NCBI GenBank assembly: GCA_965203805.1
Contig: OZ241917.1
Coordinates: 1,888,001-1,952,000, forward strand
Direction of reading: 5' to 3'
Length of the DNA: 64,000 nucleotides
Source: Candidatus Latescibacterota bacterium
GTDB lineage: Bacteria > Latescibacterota > UBA2968 > GCA-2709665
The first letter of the stretch is position 1. Each line of letters opens with the position of its first letter. The position numbers and the translations under genes are program-made. Shown here one piece after another: positions 10,873 to 21,874 of the stretch. The notes under the pieces are model-generated. The model made no database searches. It worked only from the letters and a program-made list of their open reading frames with translations, and had not been told where the DNA came from.

Positions 10873-12257
10873 GAGATATTGTCAAATGTTGTGGATTACG
10901 ACGAGCGCATCCTGGTGGATTAAGCGGGGGCTTTGATGTCTCCGTCCTGGAATTCGACGCCCTGGACGATGAGTTCAATGAGTTTGTGACCGTGTAGTCT
11001 TTGCCAGTGTTTTTGGGCTTGGTCTGCCAGTTTGTAGACCATCATCATCGTGGCGTTTCGGGAGCCACATCCTTTGGTCTGTCGTGTGCGGTGGCGAACG
11101 GTGCTGAAGGTGGATTCGATGGGATTGGTGGACCGTAGGTGTCGCCAGTGGGCAGCCGGGAAGTCGTAAAACGCGAACAGCACGTCCTTGTCTTTTTCCA
11201 GGCACGCACACGCTTTGGGGTATTTGGGTTCATACAGGGACAGGAAGTCCTCGTAGGCGTTCAGGGCATCCTGTCGGGTGGGTGACAGATATATCTGGTG
11301 GAGGCGCGCTTTGGCCTGCGCCTGGATCGTTTTGGGGAGGTTATCCAGCACGTTGGCACTCTTATGCACCCAGCAGCGCTGATGATGGGTTTGCGGGAAG
11401 ACTTCCTCCAGTGCCGCCCAGAACCCCAGACCCCCATCGCCAATGGCCAGAGCGCTTCCTTCAACCCTCGCCTTTTCAGATCCGTCAGCACGCCCTGCCA
11501 GGACAGCTTGCTTTCTCGATGCCCGTCTTCTATGGCCAAAAGCTCCTTTCGGCCGTCCCTGGTGGCGCCGATGAGGACTAAGACACAGGGACGGTCCGGT
11601 TCCAGCCGCACCTGGAAATAGATGCCATCAGCCCACACATACACGTAGTGTTTATCCGAAAGATCCCGATGACGCCACGCCTCATATTCCTGTTCCCAAA
11701 TCTGTTTGAGACGAACCACGTTGGCGGGTGACAATCCAGGGGCCTGCTCGCCCAGAATGGCGGCAAGGGCCTCAGGGAACGACGACGTGGAGACGCCCTT
11801 GAGATACAGCGCCGGAATCAACGCATCGATCGAAGGCGCACGACGCAGTTACCGCGGCAAGATGGCTGAACGAAACGCTTTGCCCTCACGTTTGTCGTGC
11901 ACACGCGGCTGGCGGATCGGATTCGGGCCCATGCCCTTGATGAGGTCCCGCGCCCTGTGAGTGCCATTCCTGACCACCTGCCGGTGACCCTGTTCGTCTT
12001 TCTCGTCTTGCAAGTTCTCGACGTAGGCTTCCACCTCGAACTCTAACGCGGCTTGCAACATCCGCCTGGCCCCAACACGGATCAGGCCTTCCAGGCTCAA
12101 CGTCACTTCTTCTTTGACTATCGTCTCTACTTCGGAGGCTGTATATTGTTTCATTGAGCGTATCCTTTCTCCCTCGTCCGAGGGGCCTCGCGGGTTTTTG
12201 GTGACACGTAAGGATACGCTCTTTTTTTATCTCATCCACAACTTTCGAATATAACTC
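10873..12257 (-). mobile_element. IS256-family element with a disrupted transposase
   Basis: Transposase is split over 11849-12154, 11261-11821 and 10920-11369 (in-frame TAA after ILPR, frameshift near 11455). Motifs LYLKGVST, YVWADGI and RSTNPIESTF. Imperfect terminal IRs at 10873-10898 and 12232-12257. Confidence 0.9.
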
Positions 12258-12605
12258 CAAAACGTCCCTGAAAAACTCGATGTGCATCTCATCGTCTACA
12301 ACTATAGTACCCACAGACACTCCAAGGTGAAACGATGGCTTTCGCAAAGACTCAGATAACACCTTCACGTTACCCCGACCTAGCATCCTGGCCCAACCAG
12401 GTCGAGATCTGGTTCAATATCATCACTCAGAAGGCCATCAGGCGCGGCTGCTGTCAGATCCGTCAAAGAACTCATCGATAAAAAACAAAGCTTCACCGAC
12501 AACTACAACGAGTCGGCGAAACCTTTCGTATGGAACGCCACCGCACAATCCATCATCCAAAAAGCCGAATGTTTTTGCAGAGGTATTTCTGGGACGCAAC
12601 ACTCA
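12258..12605 (+). pseudogene. IS630-family transposase C-terminal remnant
   Basis: DVHLIVYNYSTH...VTPT*ASWPNQVEIWFNIITQKAIRRG...AKPFVWNATA with stops and frameshifts. Confidence 0.75.
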
Positions 12606-12737
12606 AGTTGGAGATTAAAGGATACCCCTCACTGAAGCCCCACACCTTGCAAGGCGATCCGTAATGTGCTGCCTCCATACGACAGTGCTGAACTGCGTTC
12701 TTAGACGGCAAACTGTGTCTTGGGTATAAGGGGGATC

Positions 12738-15700
12738 TCAGGCTGAGCGGATACGCAAATAGGCTCGAGGAATCATACAAATGGGTACCACGATAACCAG
12801 CAGAGCCGATGAGACAACCAGCCCTCCGGACGTACCTATCGCGAGGGTGTACCATATTTCGGACCGATCGCCATGCAGCATTAGCGGGAGAAAACCCGCA
12901 ACGGTGGTCAGTGTTGTGATAAAGATCGGTCGCAACCGCTGGAATGCGGCCCGGACAACAGCGTCAATGGGAGACGACGGTCTCGCCTTCAATGTACGAG
13001 AAATATTATGGACCAGCAGAATGGCGTTGTTCACTGAAATGCCCATCAGAAGCAATAGGGAGGCGTAACCGCCCTTGTTAAAGGACGCACCGAACAGGTA
13101 AATCCCAGCTCCGACCCCGATGAGGGCCAGCGGCAATGCAATCAATACGAGGATCGGCCGCGTCCATGACTCGAACAGAGCAGACGTGATCATCCACACA
13201 AGTAGCACTGAAAGCAATACAATGAAAACCAGTTCCTTTTTTCCGTCTTCGGTAAGGTCCCTCCGCATATAACCCTTGTTCAGGCTGTAACCGTAAGGCA
13301 AGTCCGTTTTTGCTATCAGATCTTCAACTAACTTTTCGGAATAGTTGAAGTCTGCAAGGACGGTAAAACCAACCTCTTTGACGTAGCGCTGGTTGTCGCG
13401 TTCGATTGTCGGCCTCGCATACTGCTTTTCCAGATGGCTGATGTGGCCGATCCGCGCGGCGTATCCCTCCAGCAAAACATGCCTAAGTTGACGGAGGTCC
13501 GTGCCGCCCTCCGCTTTCGCCGAGATGGCTGCCGGTACTTCCCGTCCGTCCAATGACATGCGCTGAATGGAAGAACCCTCATCCAGGCGGGCTTGTATTT
13601 CATCCACAACCATGGCGTGATCAACACCCAAGGGGGAGGTTCTCGTATGGTCAATCCGTGCCAGAATTTCATACCTTGGCGGACCGTAAGTGCGGTCGAC
13701 CTGAATGTCGCGTACTCTCCGCGATCGGCGCTCCTTCAAGCGCTCTGCAATTCCTTCCGCAATATCTCCCACATTCCGCAGGTTGTAGCCCTGTACCTCC
13801 AGTTGTCTGTTCACGCCACTAGCGCCCAGAGGCTTACCCGCCGGATCAATGTCCTGGCCCCATACACGGAATCCCACGCCGCCGATATTGCCGCCATAAA
13901 CGACCAAGTGTTCATAAAGCAAATAGGGAATGGCCGACCGTTTATATTCATCCTTCAGCCGGATCTGAATGAGTCCGTACCTCCCCGAACTCTGTGTGAT
14001 GATGCCACTGATGACGGAGGAGAAACTGAGAAGCTGCTTCTCGATCCCCTTAAAGATCCCATCCAGCCGACTGATGTGCGCATTGAAGGGCATCTCAAGA
14101 AACACGATGAGGGAGAATCCTTCCGCAATTTCCCTCATGATATGCCTGTGCGGCGCTCCGTCAACCCGGTGGTCTACGTCTTTGAACAGATAGTAGGTTG
14201 CGCCCCCGAGAATCAGATTCAGAGTTGGTCTCAGGAATAAGGCTGTTGGATTGCCCCAGACGTTGTTGTAGAGTCGTGCGGACCCTTCCGAAAGACGTCT
14301 CCACGGCGAGCGAGGTGTTTGTTCTTGTTCGTCTGTCACGCGGCTGTAATTGTCTGATGCGGCCATTGTGTCCCTGCTGGCGAGCCAATCTGTGTATTCC
14401 TGCCGCGTCGCGACCATTCCGGTTGATGCGTACTCATTTGGCCGATTCGCTTGGCGCTGGCCGACTTGCTCCGGGAGGAGCCAAATTGGAAAGCCCACCA
14501 TCCATGCCAAGAGTGCCAGTATCAATACCCTTTGTCGGCCACACATGCCCAGGGTCCGCTGATATAGACGAAACATCGGATCAACGCTCCGAACAGCAGA
14601 TTCCTGCTGGAGCACCGACCGGTAGAAAAACGTGGGAATCAGGACCAGTGCAATTAGGAGGGAAAGCAGGAGGGTTAAACCTAATGATACAACAAGAGGT
14701 TTGAAATACTGCTGCAGGTCTTCCGATAGAAAGAGAACCGGCAAAAAAGCGCCAATGGTCGTCAGATTCGAAGCCGCGACCGGGTACATAACTCCGCGCA
14801 ACCCTTGAGCCACTGCCTGTTTCAAGTTGACGTCGGTAGCACGCTCGTCTGCGCTACGCCGGACGTAATCGTATACGACAATAGCATTGTCTACACAAAC
14901 CCCGAAACCGATGGTAAAACCAGCCAATGTCACCAGGTTCAGGTGCAAACCAAACAAAAAAAACAGGCTCAGGGCCCCAAGTACGGACAATAGGACAGAA
15001 GCAAGAATCAGGATCACAGAATGAAAGCGCCTGAATACCCCCGCCAACACCAGACATATGAGCAACATAGAGACGGCTGAACGTCGGAGCAGGAACCGCA
15101 GCTCCGCATGTATTTCGGCGCCTGCGTCATTTAGTACGATGATCTCGATACCATCCGGCATTTGCCCGGACAAATCAGAGATCTTTTCCCGAACCCGCCC
15201 GGAGGTGCGAATCATATCGCTTCCGTGCGCTCGCTCAATCCGGACGGCCACTGCGTTTCGTCCATTAATTCGGAACACGGATTCGGGATCACGGTGCCGG
15301 TACCGCACATCGGCCACGTCGCCCAGCGGGATGGCACGGGCCATTCCGGCGCCCGGCAGAGGAATCCGTCTGATCTCATCCAAGTTCTCAAAACCGCTCT
15401 TCAACTGGATGCGGCTAATGGCCCCGTGCGTCTCTGTCGCGTCTAAGGAACGAGTTTGCATTCCTCGGGCGGCCAAGGCGACCCTCAACCGATTCATATC
15501 AATACCTCTGCTCCGAGCAAGGTCCTGATCCAACTCGATCATGACGCCTCGTTCGCCTCCGCCCTGTACCGAGACGGCTCTGACCCCGGGGATAGCCAAC
15601 AGCGGCAGACGAACCCGCTCTCGAACCAGGCTCCGCAGTTCCGAGGCATCCGCTTGACCGTGTACAAAGCAGACGAAAAAATCCCTTAATTCTCTGCGAA

Positions 15701-16106
15701 GACTTGGGGCCGACCGACGAACGACAGGCCACGAGACACGCTCCGGTCTCTCGCGGAAGAAGGTATAGATCCGTTCTTTGATTTCCAGTTCCGCTCGTTC
15801 AATGTCTACCGAACGTGCAAATTCAGCGACGACACTTGCACCACCCTCGCGGGTTGATGAGCGTATTGTAGCCACATCCCTCACGCCACGTACAAGCGAC
15901 TCGACCGGGGCTGTGAGCCGGGACTCGATCGTAAGTGCAGACGCACCGGGCCACGATATGCTTATTGTGAGTTGTGACGCATCTGCTTCTTCACCTATAT
16001 CGATAGGGATTAGAGGAAAACACATCATTCCAATGGCAAAAATCGCTCCGCAGGCAACCCCCACGGCAACCGGCCGATCCAGCATCTGGTGCGCCAATCC
16101 CCGCAT
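12738..16106 (-). CDS. RND (AcrB/MdtC-like) efflux permease subunit 2
   Basis: Likely start MRGLAHQ at 16106, just after the upstream stop. Motifs WPGAS, GVCVDNAIVV, SVNNAILL, RLRPIFITTLTT. Confidence 0.9.
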   Translation of the reverse strand: MRGLAHQMLDRPVAVGVACGAIFAIGMMCFPLIPIDIGEEADASQLTISISWPGASALTIESRLTAPVESLVRGVRDVATIRSSTREGGASVVAEFARSVDIERAELEIKERIYTFFRERPERVSWPVVRRSAPSLRRELRDFFVCFVHGQADASELRSLVRERVRLPLLAIPGVRAVSVQGGGERGVMIELDQDLARSRGIDMNRLRVALAARGMQTRSLDATETHGAISRIQLKSGFENLDEIRRIPLPGAGMARAIPLGDVADVRYRHRDPESVFRINGRNAVAVRIERAHGSDMIRTSGRVREKISDLSGQMPDGIEIIVLNDAGAEIHAELRFLLRRSAVSMLLICLVLAGVFRRFHSVILILASVLLSVLGALSLFFLFGLHLNLVTLAGFTIGFGVCVDNAIVVYDYVRRSADERATDVNLKQAVAQGLRGVMYPVAASNLTTIGAFLPVLFLSEDLQQYFKPLVVSLGLTLLLSLLIALVLIPTFFYRSVLQQESAVRSVDPMFRLYQRTLGMCGRQRVLILALLAWMVGFPIWLLPEQVGQRQANRPNEYASTGMVATRQEYTDWLASRDTMAASDNYSRVTDEQEQTPRSPWRRLSEGSARLYNNVWGNPTALFLRPTLNLILGGATYYLFKDVDHRVDGAPHRHIMREIAEGFSLIVFLEMPFNAHISRLDGIFKGIEKQLLSFSSVISGIITQSSGRYGLIQIRLKDEYKRSAIPYLLYEHLVVYGGNIGGVGFRVWGQDIDPAGKPLGASGVNRQLEVQGYNLRNVGDIAEGIAERLKERRSRRVRDIQVDRTYGPPRYEILARIDHTRTSPLGVDHAMVVDEIQARLDEGSSIQRMSLDGREVPAAISAKAEGGTDLRQLRHVLLEGYAARIGHISHLEKQYARPTIERDNQRYVKEVGFTVLADFNYSEKLVEDLIAKTDLPYGYSLNKGYMRRDLTEDGKKELVFIVLLSVLLVWMITSALFESWTRPILVLIALPLALIGVGAGIYLFGASFNKGGYASLLLLMGISVNNAILLVHNISRTLKARPSSPIDAVVRAAFQRLRPIFITTLTTVAGFLPLMLHGDRSEIWYTLAIGTSGGLVVSSALLVIVVPICMIPRAYLRIRSA

Positions 16107-16108
16107 CT

Positions 16109-19100
16109 TCAGTTCTTCTTCCTGACCAATACAGCGTAGATGATGGGTACGAAAACCAAGGTTCCCAGCGTTGCCAGAGAAATACCGCCCACGATAGCCC
16201 AGGCCAGAGGACGCCGCAGTTCCGCCCCGCTGCCGCTGGACAGGGCCATAGGCAGCAAACCGCATACCGTTGTCATCGTTGTCATACAGATGGGGCGAAA
16301 ACGCTTCCGCCCTGCGTCCAGAATCGCCAGCTGAAGGTCGCCGCTTGTCTGAACACGATGGTGGATGAAGTCCACCTTGACAATAGCGTCGTTCACAACG
16401 ATTCCCACCAGCACGATGCAGCCCAATAGGGACATCACGTTTAGTGTATTTCCCGTCAGCCAGAGGGTCGTCACAACCCCCGTGGATGCCAGTGGGACCG
16501 TCGTGATAATGACAAGCGGAACCATAAGTGATTCGAACTGGGCGGCAAGGATGAAATACACCAGTATTAGCGATATCGCAAGAATCGAGAGGATGTTCCG
16601 GTATTGCTCAAACATGTGCGCGTATTGGGAGCCGCTCTCAATCCAATATCCATTTGGGAGGCCGATCTTGTCCACTATCCGGGCAACCAAATCACGTGCC
16701 TGGTCTCGATGAATCTCATGTAATCCGGCCGTAATGGTGACGGTACGTGCTTGTTCCTGGCGATGGATCTCCTCAAAGTCTTCAGCGGGTTCGAGATGAA
16801 TCAGTTCAGAAAGAGGCACGTGAATGACACGGCCACGTTTACGTACGGGGTATTTGATGGTCAAGATGCGCTTCAGGTCAAGGTTGCCGCGGCCTTCCGC
16901 GAGCACCCGAATGTCGATCTGCTCGACAAAATCGACAAACCGGGTAGGAATACTACCGTCAAGATGCCGCTCGATAAAAAGGGAAAGTTTCTCGGGACGG
17001 ACACCGTATATGATAGCGGCGTCGCGGTCCACACGTACACTATAAGCCCGCCTTCCTTGCGTCAGATCGGATTGCACATTGACAAAGCTCGGTGACTGCC
17101 GCATGAATTCGCAGATTCGTCGACTCAATGCAGCCAGCGTATCCAAGTCAGAACCCACAATCTTGACGTCGAACTGTGCCTGCTGAACTTGAAACAAGTG
17201 TTCAAAGACTGATTCCGGCCGAGAGAGCGTGAGGGTCAGCCCTCCGAATTCAGTGAATGCGCCCTCGAGTCGACGCGCTACCTCCACTCCCGCGGCGTCT
17301 TTCGTCAGTTCTATATCTAGAAGTGCCTTATTCAGACCCGGCTGATACCTACCGTCCATAGCCTCCCGTGTGATTCCCACCGATGCCAGAACTGACTCAA
17401 CGCCACGCTCCGTTAAAACGCGTTTCTCCAGGCGGGTAACTTGCGCCGAAGTCGTCGTCAAACTCGCATCCTGCGGCAATTCGACCTGAACGATCAGACG
17501 TTTCCTGTCCACATCCGGCATCAGTTCCCTGTCCATCTTCAGCGCCATCCAACCGCTTACCGGAAGCGGAAAAACCGCTACGCAGATCACCTTCCATCGG
17601 TGGCGAAGTGCTATCGACAGGGCCCTTTCGTAAATTGCGAAAACACCGGCGACAATACGTTGAAAGAGTTCAATAGACCGCACGAACGGGATCAAGCCTA
17701 TGGATGCATATCGATATACAAGACGAAACCGGCCTCTGTTGACGCGCTCTGGCTTCCACTGCCGGGAAGCAAGCATCGGTAGCAGCGTAATCGACACTAA
17801 TAGGGAGGCTGCCAGCGCTAAGGAGATTGTTACGGCCTGCTCGAAGAAGAGCACTCCCGCCATTCCTTTGATGTACACCAGCGGCAAAAAAACCGACATT
17901 GTGGTAAACGTAGAGGCGGTAATCGCTAACCCGACTTCGTTGGTGCCTCTGACGGAAGCTTCTCGAGAATCGGCCTGAAGCTCCCGATGGCGAAAGATGT
18001 TTTCCAAAACCACGATAGAGTTGTCGACCAGTATCCCAATACCCAGAGCCAGTCCACCCAGCGAAATCACATTCAAATGAATATCTAGGAAGTACATACA
18101 GATGAAAGTCGCAATGATCGACACCGGAATGGAGAGACCGATGATGATTGGGTTTCTCAAGTCCCTGAGAAACAGCACAAGCGAAACAAAAGCGAAGAGT
18201 CCGCCGAGGTAAAGGGACTGCAGCACATTGTCTACGGATTCCCGTATGAACTCTGCCTGATCGAATAGCGGCTGCACCTCAAAATCAGGATAATCCCGAG
18301 AAAACCGGTAGAGATCGCCGTAGACTTTTTCCGACGTATCCACCGTGTTGGAACCCGCCTCCTTGAAGAGATGCAGGGTGATTACCTCGCTGCCGTTCAA
18401 ACGTGTATACCCTCTCCGGTCAGTGAAACCCTTCTCAATGCGGGCGACATCCTTGAGGCGAATCTGTTTGGGCTCATGTCGGACCGGAATACGCCCCATC
18501 TCGTCAATGCGGGTGAACTCCGCCTGAATTCGGAGGGGAAACCGTGAATACCCTTCACGGACCGCTCCACCAAAGCTAACCACATTGAATTGTTTCAGGC
18601 TACTTTCCACGTCCTCAAAGCTAACTCCATATCGCCTGCATTTTTCCGTGTCGAGGTAGACTCGAATCTCTCGCTCCTGGCCTCCTACGACCTGCACATA
18701 GGCAACACCGTCGATCTGTTCAAGGCGACGCTTGACAACGGACTCCGACACCTCCTTTAATTCCATCAGGGCTTCGTTGTAGTCCTGACGCGACCGAGGA
18801 CGTTCAATTCGCGACCCAGTAACGATTAACGTCATGATTGGGGCTGAGGCGGGATCAAAGCGCAATATAGTTGGACGTCCTGCGGCCTGCGGAAGCATTC
18901 CCTGGTCCAAGCTGCTTCGAACCTGAACGAATGCCAGATCCATGTCGCTTCCCCAGCGAAACGACACATCCACAAAGGAAAGGCCCTCACGGGAAACCGA
19001 ACGGATTCTGTGCACTTTGCTCACTGCGCTCAGAACGGCTTCGAGAGGGCGAGTGACGTATTCTTCCACGTCACGAGCGTTCATCGTGGGACACTCGGTT

Positions 19101-19252
19101 CGCACGATAAGTCTTGGTACATCGATATCGGGAAGGAAGTCCACACTCAGCCGGAAGAGTGAATAAACGCCAAGCAGAATAACGCCAAGAAAGCAAACAG
19201 TGGTGGCTACCGGCCGGTTGACCACAACGCGCACAATTCGCATAAGCGCCAA
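16109..19252 (-). CDS. RND (AcrB/MdtB-like) efflux permease subunit 1
   Basis: NRPVAT, LPDIDVP, GILVDNSIVVLENI, IVVNDAIVKVD, RFRPICMTT. Confidence 0.92.
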   Translation of the reverse strand: MALMRIVRVVVNRPVATTVCFLGVILLGVYSLFRLSVDFLPDIDVPRLIVRTECPTMNARDVEEYVTRPLEAVLSAVSKVHRIRSVSREGLSFVDVSFRWGSDMDLAFVQVRSSLDQGMLPQAAGRPTILRFDPASAPIMTLIVTGSRIERPRSRQDYNEALMELKEVSESVVKRRLEQIDGVAYVQVVGGQEREIRVYLDTEKCRRYGVSFEDVESSLKQFNVVSFGGAVREGYSRFPLRIQAEFTRIDEMGRIPVRHEPKQIRLKDVARIEKGFTDRRGYTRLNGSEVITLHLFKEAGSNTVDTSEKVYGDLYRFSRDYPDFEVQPLFDQAEFIRESVDNVLQSLYLGGLFAFVSLVLFLRDLRNPIIIGLSIPVSIIATFICMYFLDIHLNVISLGGLALGIGILVDNSIVVLENIFRHRELQADSREASVRGTNEVGLAITASTFTTMSVFLPLVYIKGMAGVLFFEQAVTISLALAASLLVSITLLPMLASRQWKPERVNRGRFRLVYRYASIGLIPFVRSIELFQRIVAGVFAIYERALSIALRHRWKVICVAVFPLPVSGWMALKMDRELMPDVDRKRLIVQVELPQDASLTTTSAQVTRLEKRVLTERGVESVLASVGITREAMDGRYQPGLNKALLDIELTKDAAGVEVARRLEGAFTEFGGLTLTLSRPESVFEHLFQVQQAQFDVKIVGSDLDTLAALSRRICEFMRQSPSFVNVQSDLTQGRRAYSVRVDRDAAIIYGVRPEKLSLFIERHLDGSIPTRFVDFVEQIDIRVLAEGRGNLDLKRILTIKYPVRKRGRVIHVPLSELIHLEPAEDFEEIHRQEQARTVTITAGLHEIHRDQARDLVARIVDKIGLPNGYWIESGSQYAHMFEQYRNILSILAISLILVYFILAAQFESLMVPLVIITTVPLASTGVVTTLWLTGNTLNVMSLLGCIVLVGIVVNDAIVKVDFIHHRVQTSGDLQLAILDAGRKRFRPICMTTMTTVCGLLPMALSSGSGAELRRPLAWAIVGGISLATLGTLVFVPIIYAVLVRKKN

Positions 19253-19255
19253 GCC

Positions 19256-20413
19256 TCAGCGTTGAACCACAATGACGCTGGCGTCGTGGGCGAGATTAAA
19301 ATGTCCCGATACGATCAATTCTTCGCCTTCTATGAGACCTTCTTCAATTTCGATTAATTCGTCGTTCTCCAACCCAGTTCTTACGTAACGCCATTTTGCC
19401 AAACCACCCTCATGTACGAAAATCAGCTTCCGGTCGTCACGGACAAGCAGAGCATCCCTGGGAACGAGTAGGCGCTTCCTGAACACACGGGTTTCAACAT
19501 CGACTTTGGCGAACATACCTGGCTTGATCCTGTGTTCGGGGTTGTCGATCCAGATTTGAATGTCACACATACCGCTTTCAGAGTCAACCACCGGGTTAAT
19601 CACTCGAATCGTTCCGCCGAACTTCTCGCCCGAAAAAGCGTGGAGACGTATTGATACGGGGGCGCCAACCCTCGCCAACGGCAACTCTCTCTCAAGGATA
19701 CCGACTTCAAGTGTCAGGGAATCGAGCCCTACCAGCCGCATTAAATCCTGGCCTTGCGCGACCGTACCGCCATTACCGATTTCCAGGTCGGTCACATACG
19801 CGTTGAAACGGGCTCTGATGACTGTATTGTCTACCTTTAGTTTCGCCTCTGCGACATCCAGTCTTGCCCGCGTAAGGCCCGTACTGCTGGCAAGCCACGC
19901 CTTGCGCGAGTTCTCCGACGCCAGCGCCAAGGCATCCATATCGTCAACATTGGCACTGTCGACCGTCTCTTCCATTTCCTTCTTTAAACGTCCGCCCCTG
20001 TCCAAGTGGTTTCCCACAAGGGCTAGGGCGGCATATTCACGCAATGCACGGGTCATCTGATCCTTCGCCTTCATATAAGCGATACGATAGGGTTCGCCGT
20101 CGATCTCAATTACAATGTCGCCCTCGCGGACAAAACTACCCTCCCCGACATGCAAACGATGTACCTGTCCGGAGACCCGGGCGACGACACGCGTCTCGAT
20201 ACGAGGCCTGAAAACTCCTTCCGAAGAGATTCTTCTCACGAGATCCCGTTTACGGACCGTCTCCACCACGACTGGCGTATTCGGAGACTCGAATTCGGGA
20301 AACGCGTCCAGTGCTTTGTCTCGCGAAGTCGCGGATGGATTGAGGGCATTCCAAACCACAAACCCCACGGTTCCAAGCCCAAACCCCAGCACAATATAAA
20401 ATAGACGTTTCAC
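19256..20413 (-). CDS. RND periplasmic adaptor (MFP); start may extend to 20488
   Basis: N-terminal TM, lipoyl halves (ARVSGQV..LHVGEGSFVREGD; IRARFNAYV), KPGMFAKV, VRTGLENDELIEIEEGL. Confidence 0.88.
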   Translation of the reverse strand: MKRLFYIVLGFGLGTVGFVVWNALNPSATSRDKALDAFPEFESPNTPVVVETVRKRDLVRRISSEGVFRPRIETRVVARVSGQVHRLHVGEGSFVREGDIVIEIDGEPYRIAYMKAKDQMTRALREYAALALVGNHLDRGGRLKKEMEETVDSANVDDMDALALASENSRKAWLASSTGLTRARLDVAEAKLKVDNTVIRARFNAYVTDLEIGNGGTVAQGQDLMRLVGLDSLTLEVGILERELPLARVGAPVSIRLHAFSGEKFGGTIRVINPVVDSESGMCDIQIWIDNPEHRIKPGMFAKVDVETRVFRKRLLVPRDALLVRDDRKLIFVHEGGLAKWRYVRTGLENDELIEIEEGLIEGEELIVSGHFNLAHDASVIVVQR

Positions 20414-20866
20414 TGTTTCGACACCCGTACGCGTCGCATAGCGGTTAACCTTTGCAGACAAAGAAGGACACGGTTTTCGTAGGTTCAATGTCAGTCAAAA
20501 ACCATTGATAGAGAGCCGCGAATGTGTCAAGTGGAGAGTTTCGCGACGACAATGTAACGGCGCATCGAACCTTTATTCGTCACTCTTCAGCAAACCAGAA
20601 TCGGACTCTTTCAGAAGTTTAAGTGCGAAATGAGAACCAAGAAGCCCGCAATCCCAAGTACACCTGCGATATCTAGTCCGAATTGAGAAATAACACTTCC
20701 GACGTATCGAAGAGTTGATGGCAATCCCCATCAGCCGTCTCTTTGACCAGATTCGCAGTATCAGAAAAAAGTCCCCGAATACTCCAATAGTCGAGCATTC
20801 GAAGACAACGGGATATTCAACAGGCGGATTTATGTGGTACTAATTCATTCTCCGGTCAGTCTTATA

Positions 20867-21874
20867 TCATTCCGACGGTTCCCAATGATTGCATATTAAC
20901 TCCAGGTCGTGCAATGCAGCCTCTTCGAGGTTTGCGATTTCCAAAAGACGTTTGTTAAGTTTTTCTAATGTCGGTATCAAGGCTCTTTTTTGGGCAATAT
21001 AACAGAGGTTTCGGAATACAAGCCATTTTTGGGAAATCGTCTTGAATTGCCTCGCCAACTGACACAAACGACGATCTCGCAACGAGACCGCCCCGAATTC
21101 CAGAAATTTCGCGTGACCCTCACGCTCGGGGATTACCATCTGAGTTTGTCGGAAAACCTGATCTAGTAGCTTACGTGCATTCTCCTGCTTGAGCCATTTC
21201 CAGTGTTCCAAGTCGTTAGCGAGTGATCGCAGACCCGTCAACCCGAAACAGGTACCAGGTACGTGGAAACTGTCGCCATGCATAAATTGGATATTCTTAT
21301 TAATCGATCGTATAGTCTCGTCGGACGTCAGGTTCCAACGGGGTTCCGAACATTTGATTTCCAGCCACGTAAATCTTGGGATTTCATTTGATCCCCAGGC
21401 TTCCGTCAATCCGGAGATCGGCAGACTTCCTCGGAACAACTTAGTTGGCGATGGATCTACAATATGTACCATGTCCATTTCGTCGTCGTACCCAGCAAGA
21501 ATAACGGCGTGAGATGAATGATGGCCTAGTCCCGGATAGTAGTAACGTTCTAGATAATACGTGTCGGCTACCGCCGGTACCGGAACGCCCTCATCTATTC
21601 GCGACTTAGCGCATTTCCAGGCAGTTTCACCATCTCGTTCGTGATGCACTGTTACATGAATACCACATTGTCTTAATCTCGTCTGAAAATGAGTGATACG
21701 TGGACTAATTTTCACTTCTGAACTGCCTTCCAGTTGGTATGAGAAATACCACTCGTCGTGCAATACGGTGGCAGTCGTGTACCCAAAAAACTGCAACATT
21801 ACATCTAATGCCACATAATCACAGGGATACGAATCGCAATCGCAGAAAGGAATTCCGGATATAAGTCGTCCCAT
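20867..21874 (-). CDS. BtrH-like protein (papain/C39-like fold; BtrH_N + DUF4872 type), putative acyltransferase or peptidase
   Basis: N-terminal Cys, GVPVPAVADTYYLERYY, HHSSHAVILAGYDD (His), VHIVDP (Asp); helical C-terminal FGLTGLRSLA...ISQKW...IANLE. Confidence 0.7.
   Translation of the reverse strand: MGRLISGIPFCDCDSYPCDYVALDVMLQFFGYTTATVLHDEWYFSYQLEGSSEVKISPRITHFQTRLRQCGIHVTVHHERDGETAWKCAKSRIDEGVPVPAVADTYYLERYYYPGLGHHSSHAVILAGYDDEMDMVHIVDPSPTKLFRGSLPISGLTEAWGSNEIPRFTWLEIKCSEPRWNLTSDETIRSINKNIQFMHGDSFHVPGTCFGLTGLRSLANDLEHWKWLKQENARKLLDQVFRQTQMVIPEREGHAKFLEFGAVSLRDRRLCQLARQFKTISQKWLVFRNLCYIAQKRALIPTLEKLNKRLLEIANLEEAALHDLELICNHWEPSE

Noticed and set aside
16107-16265. N-terminal extension of RND subunit 2
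   Set aside because: It overlaps the upstream RND gene; the ATG at 16106 fits translational coupling.
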